NCBI GenBank assembly: GCA_964532485.1
Contig: CAZHKE010000008.1
Coordinates: 745 to 64,744, forward strand
Source of the DNA: an uncultured Bifidobacteriaceae bacterium
Lineage (GTDB): Bacteria; Actinomycetota; Acidimicrobiia; IMCC26256; PALSA-555
Length of the DNA: 64,000 nucleotides
Reading direction: 5' to 3'
Both the position numbers and the translations under genes were made by a program. The notes under the pieces were generated by a model that worked only from the letters and a program-made list of their open reading frames with translations, searched no databases and was not told the DNA's origin. Positions within the stretch are counted from its first letter, which is position 1. Every line of letters starts with the position of its first letter. This document shows, one piece after another, positions 26,394 to 35,874 of this stretch.

Positions 26394-27488
26394 TCAGAGG
26401 GTGGCGGTCTTGGCGAGCTCGGCCGCCTTGGAGAGCAGGCCGGGCACGATCGCGCCGAACGCCTCGATCTTCGGGTTGTCGAGCTGCCCGTGCTTCAGGC
26501 GCGAGTACTGCCCCTCGAGCACGATCGCGAGCTTGAAGCCGGCGAGGATCTCGTAGTACACGATCTCGTCGGTCGGTCGCCCGCTGACGTCGGTGTAGTG
26601 CTCGAGCAGCTCGGTGCGCGTCGGCATCCCCTCCATCGGGACGTAGCCCGCGCTCGACGGGTCCTCACCCTCGGTCGGCCATCCCTGGATCACCCACCCG
26701 AGATCGAGCAGCGGGTCGCCGATCGTCGTCATCTCCCAGTCGACGATCGCGGCCAGCTTCGCCGGTGCGCCGTGAGCGAACATGACGTTCGCGAACTGGT
26801 AGTCGCCGTGGATGATGCCCGGCTCGTATCGGCTCGGCTTGTTGTCGCGCAGCCACTGCGCGACGACATCGACGCCGTCGAGGTCGCGAACCTTCATCTT
26901 CTCGTAGTGCGACTCCCAGCGGTCGGCCTGTCGCTCGAGGAACCCGTCGGGCTTCCCGAACCCCTCGAGTCCCTTCGCGCGCCAGTCGACGCGCGAGAGG
27001 CGCGCGATGCCGTCGACGAGCTGCAAGCCGAGGCCCTTGCGTGCGTCCAGGTCCTCGTCGAACGGTGCCGGCCACATGTCGCCCATGCCCATGGGCGACC
27101 AGCCGTCGATGTGGCCCATCAGGTAGAAGGACGCGCCGATCACCGAGGGGTTGTCGCACCCGGCGATCGCCTCCGGGTGCGGGACGTCGGTTCCGTTCAG
27201 AGCCTCCAGCACACGGAACTCGCGCATCATCGTCTTGTTGCGCCCCTCGGGGACCTTGCGCGGCGGGCGTCGCAGCGCCATGACCGCGTCGCCCCGCTTG
27301 ATCTCGAAGATCTCGTTCGACGAGCCGCCGCTGATGAACGTCGTCTCGACCGGCTCTCCCTTGCCCGGCAGGTCGCGCTCGTCCATCCAGCGCGCGAGCG
27401 CGTCGGGATCGACGAGCCCGGCGGTGCGCGCGGTCTCGTCGACGTCCTCCCACAGCTGCTTGCCGGTCTCTGCGTTGCCGATGGTCAT
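26394..27488 (-). CDS. phosphotransferase (APH/choline-kinase fold) family protein
   Basis: 364 aa; catalytic loop IIHGDYQFANVMF and IVDWEMTTIGDP; immediately downstream of an ACAD gene. Confidence 0.85.
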   Translation of the reverse strand: MTIGNAETGKQLWEDVDETARTAGLVDPDALARWMDERDLPGKGEPVETTFISGGSSNEIFEIKRGDAVMALRRPPRKVPEGRNKTMMREFRVLEALNGTDVPHPEAIAGCDNPSVIGASFYLMGHIDGWSPMGMGDMWPAPFDEDLDARKGLGLQLVDGIARLSRVDWRAKGLEGFGKPDGFLERQADRWESHYEKMKVRDLDGVDVVAQWLRDNKPSRYEPGIIHGDYQFANVMFAHGAPAKLAAIVDWEMTTIGDPLLDLGWVIQGWPTEGEDPSSAGYVPMEGMPTRTELLEHYTDVSGRPTDEIVYYEILAGFKLAIVLEGQYSRLKHGQLDNPKIEAFGAIVPGLLSKAAELAKTATL

Positions 27489-27504
27489 CGAGTCGTCCTC
27501 GTTG

Positions 27505-28806
27505 TCAGTGCTGTGCGACTTCGTGCTCGAGCAGGTTCGCGAACTTCTTGCGGGCCGCCTCCTGACGCGGCGGAAGATGCGCGCTCGGGAACAGGCCCTC
27601 GGACGGCGAGTGCTCCTTGAGCACCGAGCGGGCGATGGTCACCTTGTGCACCTCAGTCGGCCCGTCGGCGATCCCCATCACCGGCGCCATCGAGTACATG
27701 CCAATGAGCGGCATCTCGTTCGATGTCCCGAGTGAACCGTGGAGGTGCAGCGCCGCATACACGATGTCGTGCAGCACCTTCGGTGTCAGCACCTTCACGA
27801 CGGCGATCTCGCGGCGGGCCTTCGCGCCGCCGACCTGGTCGATCTTCCACGCCGCCTGCATGACGAGCAGCCGGAACGACTCGAGCTGGATGTAGCAGTC
27901 GGCGATCTTCTCCTGCACCATCTGCTTCTTCGCCAGCACCTCGCCCTGGGTGTGACGGCTCAGCACGCGCTCGCACATCATGTCGAACGCCTTCTTGCAC
28001 GCGGCGATCGTTCGCATGGCGTGATGGATGCGGCCACCGCCGAGCCGGGTCTGCGCGATGGCGAACGCTTGCCCTTCACCGCCGAGCAGGTTGTCGGCCG
28101 GGACGCGGACGTTGTCGTAGCGGACGTACGCGTGCGAGCCCTCGCCCGGCGCCTCACCGGCGAGGCCGACGTTGCGGATGATCTCGATGCCGGGCGTGTC
28201 GGTCGGCACGAGGAACATCGACGTGCCCTGGTACACCGGCACGTCCGGGTCGGTGACCGCCATCACGATCGCGAACGCCGCATAGCGCAGGTTGGACGAG
28301 AACCACTTCTCCCCGTCGATCACATACTGGTCACCGTCGCGCCACGCCCGGCACTTGAACTCCTGCGGGTCCGACCCTGCCTGCGGCTCGGTCATCGAGT
28401 AGCACGAGACGATGTCGCCGTCGAGCAGCGGCTGGAGGTACCGCTCCTTCTGCGCGTCGGTGCCGTAGTGGGCGAGGATCTCGGCGTTGCCGGAGTCGGG
28501 CGCCTGGCAGCCGAACACCATCGGCGCGAAGTTCGAGCGGCCGAGGATCTCGTTCATGAGCGCCAGCTTCAGCTGGCCGTATCCGAGCCCGCCGAGGTCA
28601 GGACCGAGGTGGCACGCCCAGAGGCCGCGGTCCTTCACCTGCTGCTGCAGCGGGCGGATCACCTGCTCGTGCACCGGGTGCGAGCGGTCGTAGACGATGT
28701 GCGAGCTGAACGCGAGGTCGAGCGGCTCGCACTCCTCTCGGACGAACTCGTCGATCCAATCGAGCTGCTCCTGGAACTCGGGCTCGGTCGAGAAGTCCCA
28801 CGCCAT
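27505..28806 (-). CDS. acyl-CoA dehydrogenase family protein (ACAD10/11- or LvaC-like context)
   Basis: 433 aa; MTEPQAGSDP motif. Near the C-terminus it has IADGPTEVHK where MCAD-type enzymes carry the YEG catalytic-Glu motif. Confidence 0.85.
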   Translation of the reverse strand: MAWDFSTEPEFQEQLDWIDEFVREECEPLDLAFSSHIVYDRSHPVHEQVIRPLQQQVKDRGLWACHLGPDLGGLGYGQLKLALMNEILGRSNFAPMVFGCQAPDSGNAEILAHYGTDAQKERYLQPLLDGDIVSCYSMTEPQAGSDPQEFKCRAWRDGDQYVIDGEKWFSSNLRYAAFAIVMAVTDPDVPVYQGTSMFLVPTDTPGIEIIRNVGLAGEAPGEGSHAYVRYDNVRVPADNLLGGEGQAFAIAQTRLGGGRIHHAMRTIAACKKAFDMMCERVLSRHTQGEVLAKKQMVQEKIADCYIQLESFRLLVMQAAWKIDQVGGAKARREIAVVKVLTPKVLHDIVYAALHLHGSLGTSNEMPLIGMYSMAPVMGIADGPTEVHKVTIARSVLKEHSPSEGLFPSAHLPPRQEAARKKFANLLEHEVAQH

Positions 28807-28839
28807 CTGGTCGTCTCCTGCTTGTCGGTCGCTCGTGTA

Positions 28840-30366
28840 TCAGCCGACGACGACGGCGTCATGACGGACGCCCCGGTCACCGGTCGGGAGGTCGATCTCG
28901 GTCGGCGTCAGCCGGACGGTCCTGCCGACCAGCTCCTGCGCCTCGGCCTCGAACAGCTCATGATCGTCGCTCAGGCGCGCGTACGCACGCCCGCCCGGGA
29001 CGTCGCACACCAGCACGCCCCACTCGGGTTCTCCGTCGCGCCCGTGCACCACGGAGTACGCCGCGACGGTGGCGTCGCCCTCGTGACGCTCGACGAGCGC
29101 GACCGGCGCGTCTGCGTCGAGCCTGGCCTGCACCTCGGCCTGGGCCGGGGGCGCGACCTCACCGGGCTCGGTGCTGTACAGGCCGTAGACGTGCTTCGTC
29201 ATGTGCATGCCGACACCGCTCACGAGCCCGTACGACCCCGGATCGTCGCGCAGCACACCGGCCATCGTCGCGATCGAGTGGGTCATGTAGTTGCTGCCCG
29301 CGCCTCCGTGGTACGGCAGCCCGCCCGTGACGGTGAGTGGCCGCGGATCGTCGTCGTCGATGCCGAGCGCGTCTTTCGCGAAGTTCACCGAGCTGCCGAA
29401 GCAGCTGTACAGGTCGAGATGTGCGACGTCGTCGACGCCCACCCCGCCACCACGCAGTGCCTCGGCGCTCGCCGCGGCCATCGCGGGAGAACGCCAGAGG
29501 TCGCGGTGCTCACCCACGTAGGTCGGATCCGTCGCGTAGCACCAACCGCGCAGGTACACGCGGTGCTCATCGGGGACGCCGAGCGCGTCGGCGCGCCCGT
29601 GGCTCGCGATCACGACTGCCGCGGCCATGTCGACGTCCATGATCGACACCATGTACTTGGTGTACGGATAGCCGACCATGCGGTTGTCGGGCCGCGGCTC
29701 GATCACCATGTCGGGGTTTCGTTCTACTCGGAACCATGCGTCGGGGTTGTGCGCGGCGATCTTCGTCATCGGCGCGAGGAGCCGGCCGAGGCGGATCCGG
29801 TACTCGGGCAGCGGGACACCCAGATGCGCCCGCCGCGCGTTGTCGAAGACGGCGAACGTGAGCCACGCTTGCATCAGCTCGTGCGACAGCTCTGCCGGGT
29901 GGAACGGTGCCTCCCACGGGTACGGGCGCTTCTGGTCGGGCTTGTACGAGTACGTCGCGCGCTCCCCGCGCTTCTTGTACGCGCGCTGCGTCGCAAGCGC
30001 CTCGGCACCGATGACCATCGCGAGGTCGCTCTCACCGGAGAGGATGCGCGCGGCCGAGTCCTGCACCAGCACCTGTGGCGTCGTGCCGCCGATGCCGGAG
30101 TAGCAGCCGCGCCAGGGGGAAGCGCCGATGCGGTCGGCGAGTCGCTGTGGCGGGTCGTCGTACTGCCATGTCTGGCAGAACACGACGTCGAGGGCATCGA
30201 GATCCTCCAGGACCTTGGCGCCGACGCTGCTGTCACCCGCCGCCGCTCGCGCCACGTGCTCCCACATCTCGAGCGGCTCGGGCGCACCCTCGTCGCCGAC
30301 GTCGTCGGGGTGCCACGTGTGATGGCCGACACCGATGATGCACGGCGTGCGGGGATCGACTGGCAC
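28840..30366 (-). CDS. thiolase-like protein with C-terminal OB-fold (DUF35-like) extension
   Basis: 508 aa; SCP-x/Ltp-type thiolase body (LDLYSCFGSS, GGLPYHGGAGSNY) plus about 110 extra residues (ATVAAYSVVHGRDGEPEWGVLVCDVPGGRAYARL...VGRTVRL). Confidence 0.75.
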   Translation of the reverse strand: MPVDPRTPCIIGVGHHTWHPDDVGDEGAPEPLEMWEHVARAAAGDSSVGAKVLEDLDALDVVFCQTWQYDDPPQRLADRIGASPWRGCYSGIGGTTPQVLVQDSAARILSGESDLAMVIGAEALATQRAYKKRGERATYSYKPDQKRPYPWEAPFHPAELSHELMQAWLTFAVFDNARRAHLGVPLPEYRIRLGRLLAPMTKIAAHNPDAWFRVERNPDMVIEPRPDNRMVGYPYTKYMVSIMDVDMAAAVVIASHGRADALGVPDEHRVYLRGWCYATDPTYVGEHRDLWRSPAMAAASAEALRGGGVGVDDVAHLDLYSCFGSSVNFAKDALGIDDDDPRPLTVTGGLPYHGGAGSNYMTHSIATMAGVLRDDPGSYGLVSGVGMHMTKHVYGLYSTEPGEVAPPAQAEVQARLDADAPVALVERHEGDATVAAYSVVHGRDGEPEWGVLVCDVPGGRAYARLSDDHELFEAEAQELVGRTVRLTPTEIDLPTGDRGVRHDAVVVG

Positions 30367-30393
30367 TACTCCGGCTCGCTCATCGGCGCGGGC

Positions 30394-31341
30394 TCACTTT
30401 GCCTGCCACCTGGGCGGGCGCTTCTCGGCGAACGCCTTGGGTCCTTCCTTGGCGTCCTCGGTCTGGAAGATCGCACTCGAGATCTTGCTCTCCACCTCGA
30501 ACGCCGTCCGCAGGCCCTTGCCCAGGCCTTCGAGCACCTCGGCTGCCGCGGCGATCGCCGACTTGGCACTCGCCGGGTCGCTGCCGTCGACGGTCGCGAG
30601 GACCTGCTGCAGCGCACGCACTGCCTTGCGCACCTGCTTGATCTCGTGCTCGTCGTGGTAGAGCCCCTGCAACGCGCTCTGCTTCGTCGCCTGCACCGCG
30701 AGCGGCGCGTTGGCGATCATGCGGTCGGCGAACTCGCGAGCCTTGTCGAGGAGCTGCTCGCGCGGCACGACCCCGTTGAGCAGGCCCATCTCGTACGCCC
30801 GTTCGGCGGGGATCAAGTCGGCACAGAGCAGGAACTCCATCGCCAGCGGCCACGGGATCTGGCGCGGCAGGCGCACCGTCGTGCCGCCCCCGGCGAAGAG
30901 CCCCCGCTTGGGCTCCATGACCGCGAACCTCGCCTCGGGGCACGCGACGCGGATGTCGCAACCGCCCAGCATCTCCATGCCACCGGCGGTGCAGAAGCCG
31001 TTGACCGCGGCGACGATCGGCTTGTGGAGCGGGACGTTGCGCAGCACCGCCTTCGTGCCGTCGTCGAGGCGGTAGCCGTCGATCTCCTCGAGCCCCTCTT
31101 CGGCGATGCGCTGCTGGAACTTCGTGATCTCGGGGATGTAGGTCTTCAGGTCCGCCCCGGCGAAGAAGCCCTTGTCGACACCGGTGATGATCGCCACCCA
31201 CGCCTGGTCGTCGGCGCCGAAGCGCTCCCAGGCCTCGCGGAGCGCCTTGAAGTGCTCCATGTCGGCGGCGTTGCGCGCCTCGGGACGGTCGATGGTGATC
31301 AGGACGACGTGCTCGGAGTCCTGCTCGAAGTGGATCGGCAT
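30394..31341 (-). CDS. enoyl-CoA hydratase/isomerase (crotonase) family protein
   Basis: Start at internal ATG 31341 (MPIHFEQDSEHVVLITIDRPEARNA...); FFAGADLK, GFCTAGGMEML; helical insertion before the C-terminal EGPKAFAEKRPP. Confidence 0.85.
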   Translation of the reverse strand: MPIHFEQDSEHVVLITIDRPEARNAADMEHFKALREAWERFGADDQAWVAIITGVDKGFFAGADLKTYIPEITKFQQRIAEEGLEEIDGYRLDDGTKAVLRNVPLHKPIVAAVNGFCTAGGMEMLGGCDIRVACPEARFAVMEPKRGLFAGGGTTVRLPRQIPWPLAMEFLLCADLIPAERAYEMGLLNGVVPREQLLDKAREFADRMIANAPLAVQATKQSALQGLYHDEHEIKQVRKAVRALQQVLATVDGSDPASAKSAIAAAAEVLEGLGKGLRTAFEVESKISSAIFQTEDAKEGPKAFAEKRPPRWQAK

Positions 31342-31459
31342 CGAGTGCGTGTCCCCCGGTCTTCTCCGACGACTGCCCCAAACCTTCTTGGGGGCCCCCT
31401 GGGGCGTCGAACCTGACACCATAGTCAGGTTCCGGTGCCCGGCTCTTGGGGGAGCAACG

Positions 31460-31945
31460 TTGCGAGAGCACCGCTTCGCGATGGACATGCCCCACTCGGC
31501 GGCACGAATCTGGGCCCTCTTCCAGGACTACGACCGCTGGACCGACTACGCGCCCATGGTCAAGCGCGTCGACGTGCTGTGGCCCGGCGACGAGGACCAC
31601 AACGGCCGTCTGCGACGCGTCATCTACAAGATGCCGCTCGGACGTGAAGGATCGGCGCTCGAGCTCGTGCACGATGTCACGCCCGAGCGCGGCTACACGT
31701 TCACGATGATCTCGCGCACTCCAGGCGACGACCAGACCGGTTCGGTGCGCCTCGAGCCTCTCGGGCCCAACCAGACCCGCTTCTCCTTCGAAGAGCGCTA
31801 CAACCTCACGAAGGCGCCGTACAAGTGGTTCGAGGGCCGCATCTACGGGTTCATCAACAAGCAGAACGAGGACAGCATGCGGCGCGCGTCGGAGTGGCTC
31901 ACCGCGCACCCGGACTACCGCGCCGACCTCGTCGAGCAGGCGTGA
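31460..31945 (+). CDS. SRPBCC (polyketide cyclase/dehydrase-like) family protein
   Basis: TTG at 31460 after GGGGGAG (alternative ATG at 31481); ...HSAARIWALFQDYDRWTDYAPMV... Confidence 0.65.
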   Translation: MREHRFAMDMPHSAARIWALFQDYDRWTDYAPMVKRVDVLWPGDEDHNGRLRRVIYKMPLGREGSALELVHDVTPERGYTFTMISRTPGDDQTGSVRLEPLGPNQTRFSFEERYNLTKAPYKWFEGRIYGFINKQNEDSMRRASEWLTAHPDYRADLVEQA

Positions 31946-31973
31946 GGCACCGGGAAGATAGGTTCCACCCCCC

Positions 31974-32954
31974 ATGAACACTGCACACCGCGCACTGGTG
32001 ACGGCGCCGTTCCGCGGCGAGGGGCTCGACACGCTGCGCAGCCTCGCCGACGTCGTCCTCGACCCGTGGATCGACCACACGCCGCTCCGGCTCCTCGACG
32101 GCGAGAAGCTCGCCGCGATGATCCAGGAGGTCGAGGCCGACATCTTGATCGTCGAGTCCGACTTCGTGACCGACCCGGTCTACGGCCTCCCGCTCGTCGC
32201 GATCGGCTCGTGCCGAGGCGACCCCAACAACATCGACGTGGCCAAGGCGACGGCCAACGGCATCCCGGTGCTGCGCGCTCCCGGGCGCAATGCCGATGCC
32301 GTCGCCGAGATCACCGTCGCGTTGCTGTTCGCGACGAACCGCGGCGTCGTCCCCGCCGACGCGGACGTCCGGGCCGCCGACGTCTACCGCGACGGCACGA
32401 TCCCCTATCAGCGCTACCGCGCGTGGCAGCTCGCCGGCCGAACGGCAGGCCTCGTCGGCCTGGGTGCCGTCGGCCGGGCGGTCAGATGGCGCCTCGAAGG
32501 CCTCGGGATGCGCGTCATCGCGTGCGACCCGTACGCCGACGAGGCGAAGCACTCGCTCGACGACCTGCTCGCCGAGTCGGACGTCGTCTCCCTGCACGCC
32601 GCGGTCACGCCCGAGACGGAGGGGCTCATCGGCGCCGAGCAGTTCGCACGCATGAAGGACGGCGCGATCTTCGTCAACTCGGCTCGTGCGCAGCTGCACG
32701 ACACCGACGCGCTCGTCGCCGCGCTCCGAGCAGGCAAGCTCGCCGGCGCAGGGCTCGACCACTTCGTGGGCGAGCACCTGCCCGTCGACCACCCCTTGAT
32801 CCAGATGAGCAACGTCGTGCTCACGCCGCACATCGGCGGCGCCACCTACGACACCGAAGCGAACCACTCCCGGCTCATCGCCGACGGCCTGAGGATGCTG
32901 CTCGACGGCGGACACCCCGACAACATCGTGAACCCGGAGGTCCTCGATGGCTGA
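31974..32954 (+). CDS. D-isomer specific 2-hydroxyacid dehydrogenase (PGDH-like)
   Basis: 326 aa; GLVGLGAVGRAV NAD motif, VSLH...T..LI, TPHIGG. Confidence 0.85.
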   Translation: MNTAHRALVTAPFRGEGLDTLRSLADVVLDPWIDHTPLRLLDGEKLAAMIQEVEADILIVESDFVTDPVYGLPLVAIGSCRGDPNNIDVAKATANGIPVLRAPGRNADAVAEITVALLFATNRGVVPADADVRAADVYRDGTIPYQRYRAWQLAGRTAGLVGLGAVGRAVRWRLEGLGMRVIACDPYADEAKHSLDDLLAESDVVSLHAAVTPETEGLIGAEQFARMKDGAIFVNSARAQLHDTDALVAALRAGKLAGAGLDHFVGEHLPVDHPLIQMSNVVLTPHIGGATYDTEANHSRLIADGLRMLLDGGHPDNIVNPEVLDG

Positions 32955-33756
32955 CCAGCCGCGCAGCGAGCCGACCAGTCGTGAGGAGACGAGCGAGCGC
33001 GGCGGCGGTACCCGCCGCCACAACGAGTCGACCAGTCGTGAGGAGACGAGCGACCGCGGCGGCGGTACCCGCCGCCACAGCGAGTCGACCAGTCGTGACG
33101 AGCCGACACTCACCGCGGGCGAGACGAAGGAGCAGGTGCTCTGGACGGCGCAGGAGATGCTGCGCTCCGGGCTCGTCGAGGGCACGGCAGGCAACATCGG
33201 CGCGCGCCTTCCCGACGGCAACGCGGTGCTGACACCGTCGTCGATCGACTACCTCGAGATGACGCTCGACGACCTCGTGGTCTGCGACCTCGACGGCAGC
33301 GTGCTCGAAGGCGAGCGCGGGCCCACGACCGAGAAGGCGCTCCATCTCTCCGCGCTGCGGCGGAATCCCGAGATCCACGCGACGATGCACTGCCACGCGA
33401 AGCACGCCACGATGTTCGCCCTCGTGCGCGAGCCGATCCCGGCGGTGATCGAGGAGTTCGACGTGTTCGTGGGCGGCGACGTCGAGGTCGCCGACTACAA
33501 GACCACCGGCACCGACGAGCTCGCCGAGGAGGTCGCCAAGCGGGTCGAGGACCGCGCGTGCGTGCTCATGGCGAACCATGGGCTCTTCGCCGTCGGGCGC
33601 ACGCCGAAGGACGTGCTGCACATCGCGTCCCTCGTCGAGCGGACCGCTGAGATCGTGTGGGGTGCACGGGCGCTCGGCGAGGTCGTGCCGTTGCCCGAAG
33701 ACGTCGGCAGGCAGTTCCAGGGCTACTACCGATACGGACGAACCGGGAAGTTCTGA
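32947..33756 (+). CDS. class II aldolase/adducin family protein with repeat-encoded N-terminal extension
   Basis: ATG overlaps the previous stop (ATGGCTGA). Core GLVEGTAGNIGARLPD...HCHAKHATMFA...ANHGLFAVG. The first 50-odd residues come from the 57-bp tandem repeat. An alternative GTG (VLWTAQEML) after GAAGGAG exists downstream of the repeat. Confidence 0.8.
   Translation: MADQPRSEPTSREETSERGGGTRRHNESTSREETSDRGGGTRRHSESTSRDEPTLTAGETKEQVLWTAQEMLRSGLVEGTAGNIGARLPDGNAVLTPSSIDYLEMTLDDLVVCDLDGSVLEGERGPTTEKALHLSALRRNPEIHATMHCHAKHATMFALVREPIPAVIEEFDVFVGGDVEVADYKTTGTDELAEEVAKRVEDRACVLMANHGLFAVGRTPKDVLHIASLVERTAEIVWGARALGEVVPLPEDVGRQFQGYYRYGRTGKF
32968..33102 (+). repeat. 57-bp tandem repeat, about 2.4 copies, inside the 5' end of the aldolase ORF
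   Basis: Units 32968-33024 and 33025-33081 differ at 3 of 57 nt; a partial third unit runs to 33102. Each unit contains GGCGGCGG-tac-CCGCCGCC and encodes E(P/S)TSREETS(E/D)RGGGTRRH(N/S). Confidence 0.9.
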
Positions 33757-33772
33757 GCGTTAGATTCCGCGC

Positions 33773-35230
33773 GTGCGGTTCACGGTGATCGGCCACAGCA
33801 CACTGTTCGTGGAGACGAGCGGACCGACGCTGCTCGTCGATCCCTGGTTCGCCGGGTCGTGTTACTGGCGCTCGTGGTGGCACTTTCCCCCGAACGACGA
33901 CACCGACCCGGCGTGGCTCACACCCGACTTCCTCTACGTCACGCACGACCACTTCGACCACTTCCACTACCCGAGCATCCGCCGCCTCGACCGCCGCACG
34001 AAGGTGCTCGTGCCGCGGTTCGGCGTCGACTTCATGGACGGCGAGTTCCGTCGGCTCGGCTTCGACGACGTGACCGAGCTGCCCCACGGCACGATCCACG
34101 AGCTCGGCGACGGCGTGCGCGTGGCGTCGTACCAGTACGGCTTCGACGACACCGCGTTGATCATCGCCGACGGCGACACCGTGATCTGGGACCTCAACGA
34201 CTGCAAGATCCGCGGCCGACCGCTGCGCAAGATCGTCGACCGGTTCGGCCGGCCCGCGGTGGCACTGAAGAGCCACTCCTTCGCGCAGGGCTACCCGAAC
34301 TGCTACGAGGCCGAGGACCCGGCCGACCTCGGGCGGATCACGCGCGAGACGTTCATCGACGACTTCTGCGAGGCGATCGACGAGATCGAGCCGCGCCTCG
34401 CCGTGCCGTTCGCCAGCATGGTCGGGTTCCTGCATCCCGAATCAGCGCGGTGCAACGACTTCCTCGTGACGCCCCCCGAGGTGCAGGCCGCGTACTCGAC
34501 TCGCCGACCCGACTCGCCGACCGACGTCGTCACGATGGCGCCGGGCGACTCCTGGGACAGCGAGACCGGCTTCACGCGGGCCGACTTCGACTGGTACGCC
34601 GATCGTGACGCACACCTCGCCGAGCTCGCCGACATCGCGCAGCCTGCGATCGCGCGCTCGCGTCACGAAGAGTCCGAGCGGACGCTCACGTTCGCCGAGT
34701 TCGAGGCGTTCTTCGTCAGGTTCGTCAAGGCACTCCCGCCACTCTCGGGCCGCCTCGCCGTCAAGCGCCCGATCGTGTTCACGCTCTGGCACGAGTCGGA
34801 GTCACCGTGCTGGGTCGTCGATGTGCGCAAGAAGCGCGTCTACGAGGCCGACCAGCCACCCGCGGACCGGGCAAACATCATCGAGATCGACCGTGGCGTG
34901 CTCGCCGACGCGATCGCGAGCTCGATCGTCCACTACGTGCAGATCTCCATGCGCTTCCACACCGTGATCAGCCCGGGGCGCACCGGCGACGACCTCGCCT
35001 TCTGGGGACTGCTCACCGTGTACGAGCTCGGGTACCTGCCCGTGCACCGCCTGTTGCGCCCGCGGATGCTCCGGGCGGCCTGGCGACGCCGCGCCGAGGT
35101 GACCCAGGCCGCGCGTGCCGCGCTCGGCGGCGGCGGATCGTTCGTCGACCGGATGTCGGGTCAGCTCGCGACGCACGGCGACGACGATGCACCGGTCGAG
35201 GCAACGACTGGCTCGGGCCCAGCCGGCTGA
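33773..35230 (+). CDS. MBL-fold metallo-hydrolase with large C-terminal domain of unknown function
   Basis: 485 aa; GTG start; VTHDHFDHFH (HxHxDH) motif in the N-terminal about 200 aa. Confidence 0.75.
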   Translation: MRFTVIGHSTLFVETSGPTLLVDPWFAGSCYWRSWWHFPPNDDTDPAWLTPDFLYVTHDHFDHFHYPSIRRLDRRTKVLVPRFGVDFMDGEFRRLGFDDVTELPHGTIHELGDGVRVASYQYGFDDTALIIADGDTVIWDLNDCKIRGRPLRKIVDRFGRPAVALKSHSFAQGYPNCYEAEDPADLGRITRETFIDDFCEAIDEIEPRLAVPFASMVGFLHPESARCNDFLVTPPEVQAAYSTRRPDSPTDVVTMAPGDSWDSETGFTRADFDWYADRDAHLAELADIAQPAIARSRHEESERTLTFAEFEAFFVRFVKALPPLSGRLAVKRPIVFTLWHESESPCWVVDVRKKRVYEADQPPADRANIIEIDRGVLADAIASSIVHYVQISMRFHTVISPGRTGDDLAFWGLLTVYELGYLPVHRLLRPRMLRAAWRRRAEVTQAARAALGGGGSFVDRMSGQLATHGDDDAPVEATTGSGPAG

Positions 35231-35263
35231 GCGGCTCTTCGTCCGCCAGGCGCCGTGGGTTCG

Positions 35264-35740
35264 TCAGGCGACCGGGCGCACTATCTCCTCGAGCAGCGCG
35301 TCGTTGAACCCGCGCGACATGGCGGTCGTCGCTTCGAGCTCGTAGCGGTCGCCCGTGACCTTGTGCTCGATGACGATCTGCGTCGACAGCTTGCCGTCGG
35401 ACGTGCCGACCGCGAGATCCTTGCGGTTCCACCCCGCGAGCTCACTGAGGATCTTCAGACCACCCCAGCCAGCCTTCGTCTCGAACGCATAGAGCTTGTC
35501 GGCGGTCAGCGCCAGCAACGTCTGCCGATTCGTCTTGAACACGGCGCCGCTGGTGTTCAAGCCGCCGGCCTTCTTGTTGGCCGCCTTCTTCATGAGCGTC
35601 CCGGCGAGCCCGCTGACCTGCATCACGCCGGCCGAGCCCCAGGTACCGGCGGGCTGCACGACCCCCACGGCCACGACCGGCTCGGGGACCTTCTCCTGCG
35701 CCTTCTGCTTCATCGAGTCGGCGTTGTCGATCATGCCCAT
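35264..35740 (-). CDS. hypothetical protein
   Basis: 158 aa; GAGGAG 6 nt before the ATG; coding-like composition; no motif I can name. Confidence 0.55.
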   Translation of the reverse strand: MGMIDNADSMKQKAQEKVPEPVVAVGVVQPAGTWGSAGVMQVSGLAGTLMKKAANKKAGGLNTSGAVFKTNRQTLLALTADKLYAFETKAGWGGLKILSELAGWNRKDLAVGTSDGKLSTQIVIEHKVTGDRYELEATTAMSRGFNDALLEEIVRPVA

Positions 35741-35806
35741 CGCACGCTCCTCTCACCATCCGAGTCGGGGAGACCTCGCAGCGCCGAGCCACCCTCACCT
35801 GTCCCG

Positions 35807-35866
35807 GCGGGCAGATCATGCCCGCATATACCCTGACCCGCCATGCCCGCTGACGCCGATGCCCGC
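35807..35866. promoter_or_regulatory. Candidate operator array in the divergent gap upstream of the PaaK-like gene
   Basis: GCGGGCA-gatca-TGCCCGC palindrome (35807-35825) plus two more TGCCCGC half-sites at 35844-35850 and 35860-35866. Confidence 0.3.
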
Positions 35867-35874
35867 GGGGCACG

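Noticed and set aside
26394-27488. APH-fold phosphotransferase as an aminoglycoside resistance gene.
   Set aside because: Its context (paired with an ACAD-family gene and beta-oxidation-type enzymes) fits the metabolic kinase subgroup. There are no resistance-island features.
32968-33102. Tandem 57-bp repeats as a possible CRISPR array or minisatellite outside genes.
   Set aside because: The units are directly adjacent with no spacers, are in frame within an ORF, number only 2.4 copies, and have no cas genes nearby.
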